Virus record (IMG/VR): IMGVR_UViG_3300027743_000036
Location: 1 to 50,996 of that record
Direction: 5' to 3' (one strand)
DNA: 50,996 nt
DNA from: a virus
Taxonomy: Duplodnaviria; Caudoviricetes
The notes beneath the pieces were generated by a model, which worked only from the letters and a program-made list of their open reading frames with translations, was not told where the DNA came from and searched no databases. Shown piece after piece: positions 17,334-28,503 of the stretch; positions within the stretch are counted from its first letter, which is position 1; each line of letters begins with the position of its first letter. A program made the position numbers and the translations under genes.

Positions 17334-20300
17334 TGTTTTCTCCTTACCTGCCTCCGCTGAGCGACTCTGCGCCTTGGCCCGCCGGTCTGCTTCGGCTCAT
17401 ATGTCTGGACGCCTTCACCAAGTAAATTCAGCACTCCTAAAGCCGTACCCTTGGGCACGCCTTGGTCCTGCATGAGATTCACTATGCCCTCGAATCCCAG
17501 CGGAACCGGAGCCATGAGTAACTCTTTCTTCGCCGAGATCGGCTCGCCGGTGAAGTCCTTGCCTTCAAGCACATCCCACACCAACCCCGGCAAGAAGCCC
17601 AGCTTGCTACGACCGAATCGCTGAATCGTGCTGAATCGCGTATCCCCACGATACGGAACATCCGATCCCGCTATAGGGATGACTTGTCCTGCCTGGTTCA
17701 TCTTTTCGCCTGAGATCATTCGTCGCATCAGCACGGTAAACTGCGATAGCCCGGACAAGGGGTCGAGCCGTGTATTGCCCACAACTATCTTACCATAGTC
17801 CGAGGAGCGGTTGTCGTGTTCGACCTCGCCGCCGAACACATGCTCGTAGAGCCACATCGTTGTTGCTACACCCACCAAATACCGGGCGTACTCGATGGTG
17901 ATGGCCTTACGAATCCGCCATGTCGGGGCTTGTCCAATAGGCATACCCAGCCTGAATTGGATGCGTGACAGCGTGAACCGCGGCGACCAAAGCAGGCCGT
18001 TGAGCGTGTGGACATGCTTCTCCAACCCGGCTACGGACCCGCGCCCGGTCATCACGTTCACGTAGTTGGCGACGGCCTGGCTCTCGGCCAGCGACAATCC
18101 GCCCGGCCCCCGAAATGAGCGGGTCATGGCATCGAAGCTGTCAGCCCGAATCGTATTGAGTAGGGTGACGAACCCACGATTGGACCCCTTGACCAACTGG
18201 CCTAGGTACGGGATTCGCTCTACAAGGCTGGCCGCGAACAGTTCTTCCCGCCCGAGCATCGGGCCATCGACAGCGGTGAACTCCAACCCCGCCCGATGAT
18301 AGTACCAGGACCGCTCGCCGTTGACCAACTCTTCATTGATCTTCCACGCCTTCTCCGGGTTGAATATAGCCTCGACAGCCCCCGGCACCCGGCGCAGGGT
18401 CCGTATCGGGTGCGACCGTAGCGCAATGCCGCCCTGGCGCATCAAGGCCGAGAAGTCACTGGCCGATTTCCACGCCTGAATCTCGCGGAACGGCTTGGTA
18501 ACGACTTGTCGCCAATCCGTCCACCACGGGTCGAGATTGGCTATCCGCTGTTTGAGTTCCTGCCTCGCCCGGTAGACCTGATAATCGAGCTTCTCAAGCT
18601 CCTCACTCCGTAGGGGTTTCTCTGCCCGCGTTCGGGGGCCGTAGTCGCCGTTGGCGATGCGGGCATTCAAGAAAGCGAGGGTCTTTTCGAGCTTCTGTTT
18701 CTGCCGCGCATCACTGGCCTCGTACTCGGCCTTGACCTGATCCCGAAATTCAATAAGCTTCTGAGTCGCCTCGGCCTCCGTTCTGGGTACGCGATGGTTC
18801 GGCTCCTTGGCCTCTTTCCGCTCGATATAATAGCGGAAGTCCGCGGCGTCAGTGCGGAGTTTCTTGTTCCGCCGAGGTTGCCGGGACGCGATTTCGTTGA
18901 TCGTCTCGACCAAGATGTCGGTCATCCGAACCTTGCGCTGTATGGCGTTGGCTATGGAATCCTCCACGGACTCCATTGTGACATCAGGAAGGAGCGTTTG
19001 CATCCGCTTGACGACTGATTCAAAGTCTTTGGCGTCGGGCCGAGAGGCGAGATTCTCCACGATGCGCTTAATACCGGCGTCATCCGGCCCGCCCTCGCGG
19101 GAGAGGATGTCTTGAATCTCCGCGTCTTTCTCCGCCTCGGTCATGCCTTTGTATCGGCGTTTGCCCAGCCTCGTAGAGCGTTGGGCCTGCTTGCGCCTCT
19201 CGGCACGACGGACTACATTCGCTTTCTCCGTAGCCTGCTTGACCGCGCGAACCTTTTGCTTTACCTGACCCGTCTCATCGGGAGTGAGTTTATCGCCTTT
19301 TGTTGCGGCTGCTTCTGTGAGCATACTGAGGACATTCGTGGGGTCGTGGATGATTTTGCGTTGGCCCTGCATGGACACACCCTGTCGCCCCCACTCCGCG
19401 CCAGTGAGTCCCGCGGCTTCCCCGAGTTTGCCGTAGAGATTCTGTGCATCCTTCAAGGAGGCTGCCGCTTGCTTGGCCTCGGGACTACCCGGTGCGGCAT
19501 TACTGAGGATTTTATCGGCGGCATCATACTGGTCGGCGAGTTGTTGGCGGCGAATATCGAATCCTGCAATCTCGACATCAGTCAGCGGGCGGGGCTCGCG
19601 GATCAGGTCTATCGCCATTTGATCTACAATCGCAGGGATACCCTGGTCGATGGCTTTCTGCCGCCACATTGCTTTTTCCTCGGTCGGACTGCCCTGATAC
19701 GTCTCCGCCCCGATACGGCTGGCCTCATAGTCTACGAAGGCCCGTCGAATAGATGGACCTTGCTTGTATTTGCGGCCCTTGTCACCGGGGATAGGCGTCT
19801 CTGTAGACGGAGGCGCAGGCGGCTGTTCGGGGGGTTTCCCTCCCGCTTCCCCTTTTGTCGGTACTTGTCTAGAAGTATCGACAGTTTGTGCCCGCTCCCA
19901 GCTATCGCCGATCTTTTCCGCTTCGGCCCGTGCTCCCGCCGCCTGTTTCTCGGCGGTCTGCAAGTCTTTGGCAAGTCTCACCGAGATTGTCGGGTCCGGC
20001 TCGGATCGGGCAAGGTGCTCATCCAACTGCTGCGCCGTCGCGTCTCTCTCGGTTTCGAGGTCGCGGGCGAGTTCGTGGAGCTTGCGGTAGCGGGGCAGTA
20101 GCTCCCCGCCCGCGGGGGCGGCAACCTCTGTATTGACAGGGGCATCATATTCCCCCGCCTCGATCTTTTCCTTGGCGATCTCCACCGCCTCGAGCGGAAT
20201 AGTCTTCTCCTGGGTGGCCACGCGGTCAACCAGGCTGGTCAGTTCGGCCTTTCGAATCTCCGGGCCTAACTCCGCCAGACCGCGTTTCGCGCTTGTCAGT

Positions 20301-21187
20301 GCTTTCGCCGGACCACCTACCGCAGCACCCCCGGCAAAGGCGGTGCCGAGTTGTTTCAGATACTCCTTCGGAGTGAGTTTCTGTCCATGTAGTCTTGCTA
20401 CCTCGATTTGAGTTTCCTGTTGAAGAGCCTCTGTGACACCCTCCACCGCAGCCCCTATTGCCTGACGCTCCGCGATAGCCCCGCCGGTCTTCGCCAGTTT
20501 ACCTATTGCCTTTTTACGGGCGGCTTCAATCAATGCCGGGATCAGAGATTTATCGAGTTTCAGAACCTCGTCAGCCTGCACTCGCTCCAGCATACCCATG
20601 ATCGGCCCGGCAATCCAACGCTCGACCTCGGCCTGTTCAGCAGTTGCTCCGCCTTTAAGGGCCTCCTGATACACCATCTCTCCCCCCGTGGCCGTACCGA
20701 CTGCTATAGCACCGGCAGGTCCGACGAGAACGGTAGCTCCTATCGCCGCAGTCATCGCCGGTACGGTTTCCCCGGCCACATTGACAAGAAAACCTCCCAC
20801 GCCTTTCTTACGCGGCTGTAGCGAAGGAACGTCAGCTGTGCGATAGATGTCTTGCGCTTTCTTACGCAGACGTTGTATAGTTTTCTTGTTATACTGTTCA
20901 ACCGCTGGAGTCTCGGGATACCACTTGCCCGGCATCTTTCCCCCGGCCTCCATCAGCGAGGCCAACGTGCCGGGACCGGCGGCCATAGCCTTAATACCGC
21001 CACGACCAACAGCACGATACGCCTCCCCTCGCCATGTCCCCGGCGTCTCGGGCGTCTCCGGGGTCAGCGCACGCCGGGCCTTGGCGAGCATGTCTTCGGA
21101 GGGATCGGGAAGATCGAGGCCCACCCCGCGCCGCCGTAGTTCACGACGGGCCAATTCCGCACGGGCTTGTTCAGGTGTGATAGGCAT
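17330..21187 (-). CDS. Large internal virion/ejection protein (1285 aa)
   Basis: Helical, Gly/Ala-rich membrane-like N-terminal part; last large gene of a podovirus-like late operon. Confidence 0.65.
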   Translation of the reverse strand: MPITPEQARAELARRELRRRGVGLDLPDPSEDMLAKARRALTPETPETPGTWRGEAYRAVGRGGIKAMAAGPGTLASLMEAGGKMPGKWYPETPAVEQYNKKTIQRLRKKAQDIYRTADVPSLQPRKKGVGGFLVNVAGETVPAMTAAIGATVLVGPAGAIAVGTATGGEMVYQEALKGGATAEQAEVERWIAGPIMGMLERVQADEVLKLDKSLIPALIEAARKKAIGKLAKTGGAIAERQAIGAAVEGVTEALQQETQIEVARLHGQKLTPKEYLKQLGTAFAGGAAVGGPAKALTSAKRGLAELGPEIRKAELTSLVDRVATQEKTIPLEAVEIAKEKIEAGEYDAPVNTEVAAPAGGELLPRYRKLHELARDLETERDATAQQLDEHLARSEPDPTISVRLAKDLQTAEKQAAGARAEAEKIGDSWERAQTVDTSRQVPTKGEAGGKPPEQPPAPPSTETPIPGDKGRKYKQGPSIRRAFVDYEASRIGAETYQGSPTEEKAMWRQKAIDQGIPAIVDQMAIDLIREPRPLTDVEIAGFDIRRQQLADQYDAADKILSNAAPGSPEAKQAAASLKDAQNLYGKLGEAAGLTGAEWGRQGVSMQGQRKIIHDPTNVLSMLTEAAATKGDKLTPDETGQVKQKVRAVKQATEKANVVRRAERRKQAQRSTRLGKRRYKGMTEAEKDAEIQDILSREGGPDDAGIKRIVENLASRPDAKDFESVVKRMQTLLPDVTMESVEDSIANAIQRKVRMTDILVETINEIASRQPRRNKKLRTDAADFRYYIERKEAKEPNHRVPRTEAEATQKLIEFRDQVKAEYEASDARQKQKLEKTLAFLNARIANGDYGPRTRAEKPLRSEELEKLDYQVYRARQELKQRIANLDPWWTDWRQVVTKPFREIQAWKSASDFSALMRQGGIALRSHPIRTLRRVPGAVEAIFNPEKAWKINEELVNGERSWYYHRAGLEFTAVDGPMLGREELFAASLVERIPYLGQLVKGSNRGFVTLLNTIRADSFDAMTRSFRGPGGLSLAESQAVANYVNVMTGRGSVAGLEKHVHTLNGLLWSPRFTLSRIQFRLGMPIGQAPTWRIRKAITIEYARYLVGVATTMWLYEHVFGGEVEHDNRSSDYGKIVVGNTRLDPLSGLSQFTVLMRRMISGEKMNQAGQVIPIAGSDVPYRGDTRFSTIQRFGRSKLGFLPGLVWDVLEGKDFTGEPISAKKELLMAPVPLGFEGIVNLMQDQGVPKGTALGVLNLLGEGVQTYEPKQTGGPRRRVAQRRQVRRKQ

Positions 21188-22227
21188 TACTGGACTCCCG
21201 CGATACGTTTGAGTTCATCGTCGGACAGATCACTTAGGCCGGTGCCCGCCGCCTGCCGCGCGTTGGTCACAGTCTGCGCTATGGGCGAGGCGGTGCTGTT
21301 CGCAGTCCCTTTGAAGTCGGTGGTGTGGCGACCCGCTATTTTGAATCGCAGATCGCTCCTCTCTTTCCTAAGCGGCAGTATGTCACGACGTAGGCGGAAA
21401 AAGTCCGCTTGCTCCTCAGATGATGCAGAACGCCACTCTTTATCAGTTGGCTGTCGATTTGCCGTCGTGCCGCCGGACCACCCTCCCTCGTCGGTGGGGA
21501 CTTGTATTTTTCCGTCCTTGATTCGATACCTGGTAAGTTCATCCTCCCACTCATCAAGCACGGGGCTAATCTCCTGCAACCGCTCCCTCGGCGTCTGCTC
21601 TTTAGGGTTCGGCGGCATAGCAACACCCAGGGCTTGGAGTTGTCTACGGCGAATGTCGTTGGTGCCCCACTCCTCCTCCTCCCCGATGGTTTGTATCGTC
21701 TTCATTTCGATACGTTTCGCCGCCCACTTCGCCCGTACTTCCCCCTCTGCCTTTTTGAATCTCATATCCAGTTCATCGAGGTCGGGCTGAATTTTGTTCG
21801 CTTCTTTCGTATGCGCCAGTCTATATTTCGTTTGCAGTTGTTGATGCCTGGCGGTGTATTGCTCGGAGTCAAGCCCGAGTTCGCGGAGCCCGTTGGCCTC
21901 TACCTGATACTCTTTGTAGAAGTTGTCATCTGCAAGCTTCAACGATCCCTTGATTCGACCCTCCGCTGTGGTGCGGGATGAAGTCAGCGGGGAAATTTCG
22001 TTCGCCTCCAGCGAGTCGGCCAGGCCGAACGGATCGGTAGTGCCCGCCTGCTGTGCGGGCTGCTGCGCCGGCGCATCCCACACCGACTCGATCCACGAGC
22101 GTCCGGCCGCGCGATCGCGTGTGAGATCCTGTGCGTTCGAGGCGACTTGCTGATTCTGCCGCTCGATCAGGGGTCGCTCCTCCGGGGTCAAGGCTTCATC
22201 CAAACTGACAAAGGGTAGTCCGGGCAT
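21187..22227 (-). CDS. Putative ejection/internal virion protein
   Basis: Coiled-coil, C-terminal DLSDDELKRI; position. Confidence 0.55.
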   Translation of the reverse strand: MPGLPFVSLDEALTPEERPLIERQNQQVASNAQDLTRDRAAGRSWIESVWDAPAQQPAQQAGTTDPFGLADSLEANEISPLTSSRTTAEGRIKGSLKLADDNFYKEYQVEANGLRELGLDSEQYTARHQQLQTKYRLAHTKEANKIQPDLDELDMRFKKAEGEVRAKWAAKRIEMKTIQTIGEEEEWGTNDIRRRQLQALGVAMPPNPKEQTPRERLQEISPVLDEWEDELTRYRIKDGKIQVPTDEGGWSGGTTANRQPTDKEWRSASSEEQADFFRLRRDILPLRKERSDLRFKIAGRHTTDFKGTANSTASPIAQTVTNARQAAGTGLSDLSDDELKRIAGVQ

Positions 22228-22238
22228 GGGGTCTCCTG

Positions 22239-22454
22239 CTATGCCATATCAAGAATTGCGAGTTGTTGGTCTATGGCGTCCAGGCTCGCTTGCATGCGGG
22301 CCAGGTCTTTTTCTACGTGTAGCCTGTTGTTGAGCAACTGCTCCCGTGTTTTCGTCGTCTGTAGTGTCGTACGTACTTGCAATGTATCCGTGTCCAATTT
22401 CGTGTAAACATCAGGCATGGGTTTACTCTCTATCGCCATTGGTTTATCTGCCAT
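22239..22454 (-). CDS. Small coiled-coil protein (tail fibre-associated)
   Basis: AAGGA RBS before MADKPM; heptad pattern. Confidence 0.5.
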   Translation of the reverse strand: MADKPMAIESKPMPDVYTKLDTDTLQVRTTLQTTKTREQLLNNRLHVEKDLARMQASLDAIDQQLAILDMA

Positions 22455-22481
22455 ACTGTGTCCTTTGCCCCACAGCAATTG

Positions 22482-25400
22482 TTATGACCACGTAGCTGTC
22501 GCACCGCTTGACGCGGCGGTCGTCTTCGCGGTAAGGATACCGCCCGTAAATGTCATTGTGATACGCCAATTCGCCCCGTCATCGAGGGTGAGTGTGGACG
22601 TAAGACCGTCAGTACCGTTCACGTTGAACGCGGTATCGGCCCTGATCTTGCCGTTGACTTCTAATTGCTCAGTGCCGGATGTCTTATTGACGAGCACCAG
22701 CCCCGCGCTGGTAACTCGAATCCTCTCAGAAGCTGTCGCTGCCGTCCCCGTAGCCACGATGAATGCCTGCGGCACGTTTTGATCGGACACCGCCCCATCC
22801 ACCTTGCCGCCGAAGTAACACGTCGGTATCCAACTGTCGCCATCCCAACCACGAGCATCTACGACGCCAGAGAAATCACCGTTAGCGATCGCGTCTGTGC
22901 CCGCACGAGACTTACGCAGTACCACCGTGGATGCGGATGTATTGGCCGACGCACGGGTCATTTGCATACCCAGAACGCCGAAGATGTCCAATTCGCGTTC
23001 GGGGGCTGTGACATTGATGCCCACGCGGTTATTGGCCGTATCCACATACAGTACGTTTGTATCCACCGCAAGGTCATTCGGTATAGTAACCTTACCCGCA
23101 CTGTCAATATTTACGTGACCGGACGAACCACCTATCATCCCGCCGCTGGACAATTGAATGTCTGCGGTGTAGTCGAAACTATCACGGTAAATTTGAAGCC
23201 CATAGCTGGTAGTAGCGAGATTGGCCTGGAAGTTATTGGCAATCCGAACACCTACAGCAGTAGTAACTGAGGCACCAGATTGACCATCAAGAATAATCTC
23301 AGCACCGCGTAAGGTAGTTACAGTCTTATTCTTAGCATCCGCACTGAGAGACATTCCTTCAAGAGTAGTAATATTACCACCAGTCAAATCTGGTAGAGCA
23401 GCACGAGCCTTGCCTTCAATTGCTCTAATAGTTCCTGTAGATACAAAATTACCATTAGTAACTACTGAATAGATGCCTCTCAGAGTTCCCGTAAGAGCAT
23501 TCGTTCCTTGCACTGCGTCCAGATATAAGCAGTTCTTTCCTGCCGCTACTGTGTTGGTAATGTCAACATCAAGATACTCGTCCAGATTCAGACCATGTGG
23601 GATAGTCACTGCCGCATTTAGCCTGAGCGTCTGGCTCGCAGGAGCAGCATTGAACACACCATAGATCAGGGAGTTGGTAAGTTCAAGTGCTATGCTGGTA
23701 CGATCCTTGTTGTCAATAATCAGAATATCACTAAGTGTGGTCTGATTATATCCCGCAAACGCACCAATATACACATTACGGTCGCCCGTAGTGCTGTTGT
23801 ATCCTGCTTTATATCCAATTGCAGTATCGTATTCCTTAGTTGAACCAGAATACAAGGCACCATACCCAATCGCAATATTGCCATTACCATTACAGGTTGC
23901 AAGCGTATTTGTTCCCAACGCCAGGTTATAATTACCAGTAGTGTTTGTGACAAGAGAGAACAAACCCAGGGCAAAGTTCGCCCCTCCGGTTGTATTGTGC
24001 CGCAACGCTCCGTAACCTATAGCCACATTACCCTGACCAGAAGAATTAGACTCAAATGTATTAGCACCTATTCCGACATTAAATAAACCAGTGTTTCCTC
24101 CCGATGCCGCCCCATAACCAGCACGATACCCAATATAGATATTATAATCGCCCTCTAGTCCAGTACCAACTGTACTGTTTCTGTAACCTGCTCTATATCC
24201 AATAAATAGATTATTTTCTCCCCCGTTTAGATTACCCGTCTCATCGCCGATGAATACATTGTAATCAAAAGACGTGGCTCCATAACCAGCACGATACCCA
24301 ATAGCTACGACATGGTTAGCCGCAGTAGTGGCATTGTACAGGGCTTGATAGCCAACAGCAGTATTATAACTACTGGAAGTGCTGGAGTAGAGGGCCTGAT
24401 ACCCAACGGCTACATTGTACTCACCCGCGGAACTATTGTACAAGGGTTGGTGCCCGACGGCCACGTTGTAGTCACCGCCCTGATTGTTGTACATGGCGTC
24501 AATGCCCACCGCCACGTTGTTATGACCAGTGGTATTGTACTCAAGAGCATCATTACCTATAGCTACGTTGTCATAACCCGTAGTGTTGGTCTTGAGGGCC
24601 TCATCGCCGATAGCCGTGTTCTCATAGCCGGATGTATTGTTCAGTAGGGCCTCATCACCAATGGCTACGTTCTCACTTCCACAGTTAGGAACTAATGCCG
24701 ATAGTCCTCTTCCAGAACTGTGCCCCACATAAACGTTTCTATTGCCCGGACTGTCTCCACCTGCCCCGGTATTATCGGCAAACTTTCCTGATTCATCACC
24801 AATAAAAGTATTAGTAGTTCCATCTCGTGTGACACCGGCGTTTATACCAAGAAAACAATTACCACTAGTAGTATCTAATTTACATACACGTACGCCACCG
24901 GCATAAACAGCAGGAATCGTACGCAGATTGATGTCACCTGTCCACGTACCCGCCGAGGTATCCAGTCCGTATGTTTGTGTGCCGGTAATACTCAGGTTGC
25001 CGGATAGCGTGACTAAATCGCCTGCATTGTGCAGACTAACCGTCGTGCCCGCGCGGTCCCAGTAATCCTCAGCACTAACCGCCGCCGACACATAGGTAAC
25101 TACGGCCTTCTCGGTGGGCACGGCCAGATCAGAGTTATCCGCCATCGTGCCGTCTGTAGAGAACTCAGTGACGGTACTCTTAGTGATGGCGGTAACAAGC
25201 CCCCCGTTGGCTGTCAGAGTGAGGGGTATGCCCGCGGCACTGTCCGAGGCCCCGAGATCGCCCGCGATATTGAACGCATTGTCCGAGCGTATGACACCGC
25301 TGACATGCAGCATCTCACTCGGCGCACCGGCCAAACCGACGCCCACCGTACCGCCCGCGGATATGGTTAATCCGGCGAACTCCGGGGAGTCTACAGTACG

Positions 25401-25655
25401 TATCCCTTGAATCGTGTTGAGGGTCGGGGCGGTGAACGTAAGACTCGATCCGAGAGTCGCAGACTGTAACAAGTCATCTACGTCGGAGTAGACAAGTCGA
25501 TCAGCCGTTAGCTCGGACAGGCTTATCGTCGCAAACGTGGGCCGTCCCACAGGCCCGAGGGCGGACTTGAGGCGGCTGATCGCCATTGCCGTGTCTTGCT
25601 CGAATCGGGCAGACCCCGCAATAGGCACATTTACTACATTTGGATAATCGGTCAT
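22482..25655 (-). CDS. Tail fibre/spike with YadA-like N(V/T)A(I/V)G beta-roll repeats
   Basis: Many ~14-aa repeats (NVAIGDEALLNNTSG); NNRVGIN...P...LD motif. Confidence 0.8.
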   Translation of the reverse strand: MTDYPNVVNVPIAGSARFEQDTAMAISRLKSALGPVGRPTFATISLSELTADRLVYSDVDDLLQSATLGSSLTFTAPTLNTIQGIRTVDSPEFAGLTISAGGTVGVGLAGAPSEMLHVSGVIRSDNAFNIAGDLGASDSAAGIPLTLTANGGLVTAITKSTVTEFSTDGTMADNSDLAVPTEKAVVTYVSAAVSAEDYWDRAGTTVSLHNAGDLVTLSGNLSITGTQTYGLDTSAGTWTGDINLRTIPAVYAGGVRVCKLDTTSGNCFLGINAGVTRDGTTNTFIGDESGKFADNTGAGGDSPGNRNVYVGHSSGRGLSALVPNCGSENVAIGDEALLNNTSGYENTAIGDEALKTNTTGYDNVAIGNDALEYNTTGHNNVAVGIDAMYNNQGGDYNVAVGHQPLYNSSAGEYNVAVGYQALYSSTSSSYNTAVGYQALYNATTAANHVVAIGYRAGYGATSFDYNVFIGDETGNLNGGENNLFIGYRAGYRNSTVGTGLEGDYNIYIGYRAGYGAASGGNTGLFNVGIGANTFESNSSGQGNVAIGYGALRHNTTGGANFALGLFSLVTNTTGNYNLALGTNTLATCNGNGNIAIGYGALYSGSTKEYDTAIGYKAGYNSTTGDRNVYIGAFAGYNQTTLSDILIIDNKDRTSIALELTNSLIYGVFNAAPASQTLRLNAAVTIPHGLNLDEYLDVDITNTVAAGKNCLYLDAVQGTNALTGTLRGIYSVVTNGNFVSTGTIRAIEGKARAALPDLTGGNITTLEGMSLSADAKNKTVTTLRGAEIILDGQSGASVTTAVGVRIANNFQANLATTSYGLQIYRDSFDYTADIQLSSGGMIGGSSGHVNIDSAGKVTIPNDLAVDTNVLYVDTANNRVGINVTAPERELDIFGVLGMQMTRASANTSASTVVLRKSRAGTDAIANGDFSGVVDARGWDGDSWIPTCYFGGKVDGAVSDQNVPQAFIVATGTAATASERIRVTSAGLVLVNKTSGTEQLEVNGKIRADTAFNVNGTDGLTSTLTLDDGANWRITMTFTGGILTAKTTAASSGATATWS

Positions 25656-25658
25656 GGT

Positions 25659-26276
25659 TTATCCGAAAAGCTGACTCTGAGAGACTGGCGCAGCGTAACC
25701 GCCCTTGCCCGATGCCTTATACTTCATCTCAAGCTCCTCCAGGTATTGCTTCAAGGCTCGATCCGCCGCACCCGACTGGAAATCAAGCATCGCGTTACCC
25801 TGAGAGGTTTGTGCCCCCACATCAATTCCATACCGCTGCGTTTGCGCGCCTGTATTCACCCCGTAGACATCCGCCGCCGTGCGCCCGAGGTCCGCCGTCA
25901 GCCCGGCCCTGGCTTGAGCCAGGCCAAGGTTCGTCTGCGCCCGATTCGCCTCATCGTAGGCGATACTTGCGGAGGGTAGATTGAGCGTGTTCGCCATGCC
26001 CGTGTTGACAGACTGCATGGCAATATCGCTGAGGGTCCTGCGTTTGCCGGACTGATACATCTTCTCCACTTCGCCGGTGAGCCCCTTCAACGCCCGCTCG
26101 AAGTACCCGGCGATATTATTCCAGCCCGGCGCACCGCCGCCCCCGCCCCCGGAGGCGACCTTGGGGGCACTGGTCCACCCACTACCGCCGGATGATCCGC
26201 CCCACCCTGAAGACACTGTATCCATCGAAAACGGGTTATAGCCGTCCGCCGATCCCTTTGGAACCACTCGAATCAT
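25659..26276 (-). CDS. Putative DNA pilot/ejection protein
   Basis: Gly/Ala/Gln-rich helical protein after tail nozzle gene. Confidence 0.5.
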   Translation of the reverse strand: MIRVVPKGSADGYNPFSMDTVSSGWGGSSGGSGWTSAPKVASGGGGGGAPGWNNIAGYFERALKGLTGEVEKMYQSGKRRTLSDIAMQSVNTGMANTLNLPSASIAYDEANRAQTNLGLAQARAGLTADLGRTAADVYGVNTGAQTQRYGIDVGAQTSQGNAMLDFQSGAADRALKQYLEELEMKYKASGKGGYAAPVSQSQLFG

Positions 26277-27805
26277 CGTAACCTCCTGCCCGGCGCACCG
26301 CCGTCAACCAAGACCTTCTCAAATCCCCATGTTTCGCTTATTGTGCTATTGCCGATCTTGAGCCCTGCATAGGCCCCCCGAACTCCACGCCTGCGCTTCC
26401 CCCCACGCGCCCGGCCCGGACCCGCAAAGGTCATGGACAGTTTGGGCGACGTACCCGCCTCCAATTTCTCAAGCACAGTCTCCGCCACATCCTCAGACCA
26501 CACCTGTAGCGTCACGTCATCGGAGTCGGCCTCGCTGCCGCCGGAGGCCCCGCCCGCGAGAATCACGTCGAACGCCTCTATCGACCCATCGCGACCATCC
26601 TCCGCCAGCGGCAGAGGACCAAAACACACATAGCTGTCTATTGCCACGCCGTCATCATTCTCCTCAGCGTCATCGTGAACTCGCACATAGCCGTCCTTGC
26701 ACCCGAGGAGCAACCCTTTGTAGGCCGTGTCGTTGGCGTCATATTGGAATTGTGCGTAAACACCGTGAGTGCCATCGTGGTTATCGGGGAATATTCCCTG
26801 AGTCTGCAAATCGAGCCAATAGTTGCTGCTGGCCCCCGAAGACAACAGGGTCACGCACACCTTGATACCGTTTCGTGCGGGGTCGTAGCCCATCGTAATC
26901 CGATACGTGGAGGGGTCCGCCGCGGTATCGGAGATCAAACTTGGCATAGAGGCGAGACTGATATTCTCAATCTGTGCTGACCCCTTTGCCAGTCGATAGA
27001 TACCGCCCGTGCCCCAGAAGTACAGATTGCCGTCCCCGTCGAGGCACCAACTGCTGGATCCGAAAATCCCCGTTCCCACGACATCCACCATCTGCCCACC
27101 GTCCGCCGGGTTGCCAACCAGGATGTGCATGGAGTTAGCACACCCGATGACAAGTTGCCCATCACGGGTCGGTATAAGGGCGCGTACCACGTCGCCGATC
27201 TGCCCCGCCACACCCGAGCCGATAGGCACAGCGCGATCGGAGGTCGTGCGGTAGATATTCCAATCCCACGGGTTTCCCGCTGCCGACGCGGGGGCCTGGT
27301 GCGGGTAATCGGGGTTGCCAGACAGGACGCACCGCCCGCCCGAGAGACAACCAATATAGGCTTTGGCGGGCATCGTGCCGTAAAGGGTTGCGTTGTTGCC
27401 GTAGACGGTCCAGTTATACCAATGCGCCGGGTCGGGGGCTACCTCATTTGCATTCAGAGTGAAGCTAATCGCGTTGCCGTCGTCGTCAGTGCCCGTAACC
27501 GCATGGGCGTTCTGGAACGTCGCCGCAGTAGTGCGCTTGCCGTAGATCGTACAGGCCCCGGTAAGGGCGGTGATGTAGTCCACAACCATCTTCGCGCCGT
27601 CGGCCTCGGTGAGGATATTCCCTCGATCCGGGGGATTGGCCCCAATGTCGGTTGTGGTGATTTTCGTATTTGTAAAATCCGCGACCCTTAGTTTGGCCCC
27701 ATTAACAATAAAGATTTTGCCGTACGCCTCGAATATCATTAGTTGATCCGAGGTATCTATCTCACCTACCGAAGCGGCAAGGGCGACCATCGTAGGAGCC
27801 GTCAT
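26273..27805 (-). CDS. Tail nozzle/stabilisation protein (beta-propeller, P22 gp10/T7 gp12-like), main part
   Basis: Repeating blade-like beta strands (GRCVLSG...S...NP.DW; GNLYFWG.GGIY); position. Confidence 0.65.
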   Translation of the reverse strand: MTAPTMVALAASVGEIDTSDQLMIFEAYGKIFIVNGAKLRVADFTNTKITTTDIGANPPDRGNILTEADGAKMVVDYITALTGACTIYGKRTTAATFQNAHAVTGTDDDGNAISFTLNANEVAPDPAHWYNWTVYGNNATLYGTMPAKAYIGCLSGGRCVLSGNPDYPHQAPASAAGNPWDWNIYRTTSDRAVPIGSGVAGQIGDVVRALIPTRDGQLVIGCANSMHILVGNPADGGQMVDVVGTGIFGSSSWCLDGDGNLYFWGTGGIYRLAKGSAQIENISLASMPSLISDTAADPSTYRITMGYDPARNGIKVCVTLLSSGASSNYWLDLQTQGIFPDNHDGTHGVYAQFQYDANDTAYKGLLLGCKDGYVRVHDDAEENDDGVAIDSYVCFGPLPLAEDGRDGSIEAFDVILAGGASGGSEADSDDVTLQVWSEDVAETVLEKLEAGTSPKLSMTFAGPGRARGGKRRRGVRGAYAGLKIGNSTISETWGFEKVLVDGGAPGRRLR

Positions 27806-28500
27806 ATTATTACCTCATACCATAGTTGATTATTACCGCAGGAGATCAATCGTTGTTGTGTCCGTGCCCCGGCCCCGGCTGACACGGTGACAGACAAGGT
27901 GCCGGATATAGCCCCGGTCCCGGTTATAGCACCAGCGAGGTCAATGGTTTCAGCGATTTCAAGTGTTCCGGCAATACCGCCTGTTCCAGCGATATCGCCC
28001 CCCATGTCCACGTATTCGGTTGAAACGTCCCCCCATACGTCGAACATGAAGTCATTGGCACCGCTTACCGCACCCCACGTAATGCCATCCGCCCCGACTG
28101 TGACACCGCCGCCCGCGTATCCAGAAGAGGTATCCCTAAGCCAGTATATGTAGTTAGAGCCCGTAGCGGCTACGGTACAAACAATGGCGTATTGGGTAGC
28201 GGCTGTTAGGTTGCAATCGGCTATATCGACATCGTACCACGCACCGGCCCCATCGAGTGTAACGGCACTGGCGTCAAATGTACCCTGGCCTTGAACAACA
28301 CCAGACGGTTTACCCGTTCCGTCAACAGCCTCAAGTCGTAATGTAAAAGTACCTACGGTTCCTAACCGGAACAATTTTACCTTGACTGATGTTACGGTTA
28401 TCGCGGCGACGGTAGTAAAGGTCTGTGCTGCCCACGAGCTATTTTGCAACAGCCATGAACTATCCTGCCCAGTAGTGTGCGATATTTGGGAGGTAGGCAT
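27802..28500 (-). CDS. Virion protein with AQTF-type jelly-roll domain
   Basis: AAQTFT...VTSVKVKL, LTAATQYAIV, DFMF; C-terminal QRLISCGNNQLWYE. Confidence 0.6.
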   Translation of the reverse strand: MPTSQISHTTGQDSSWLLQNSSWAAQTFTTVAAITVTSVKVKLFRLGTVGTFTLRLEAVDGTGKPSGVVQGQGTFDASAVTLDGAGAWYDVDIADCNLTAATQYAIVCTVAATGSNYIYWLRDTSSGYAGGGVTVGADGITWGAVSGANDFMFDVWGDVSTEYVDMGGDIAGTGGIAGTLEIAETIDLAGAITGTGAISGTLSVTVSAGAGARTQQRLISCGNNQLWYEVII

Positions 28501-28503
28501 TGT

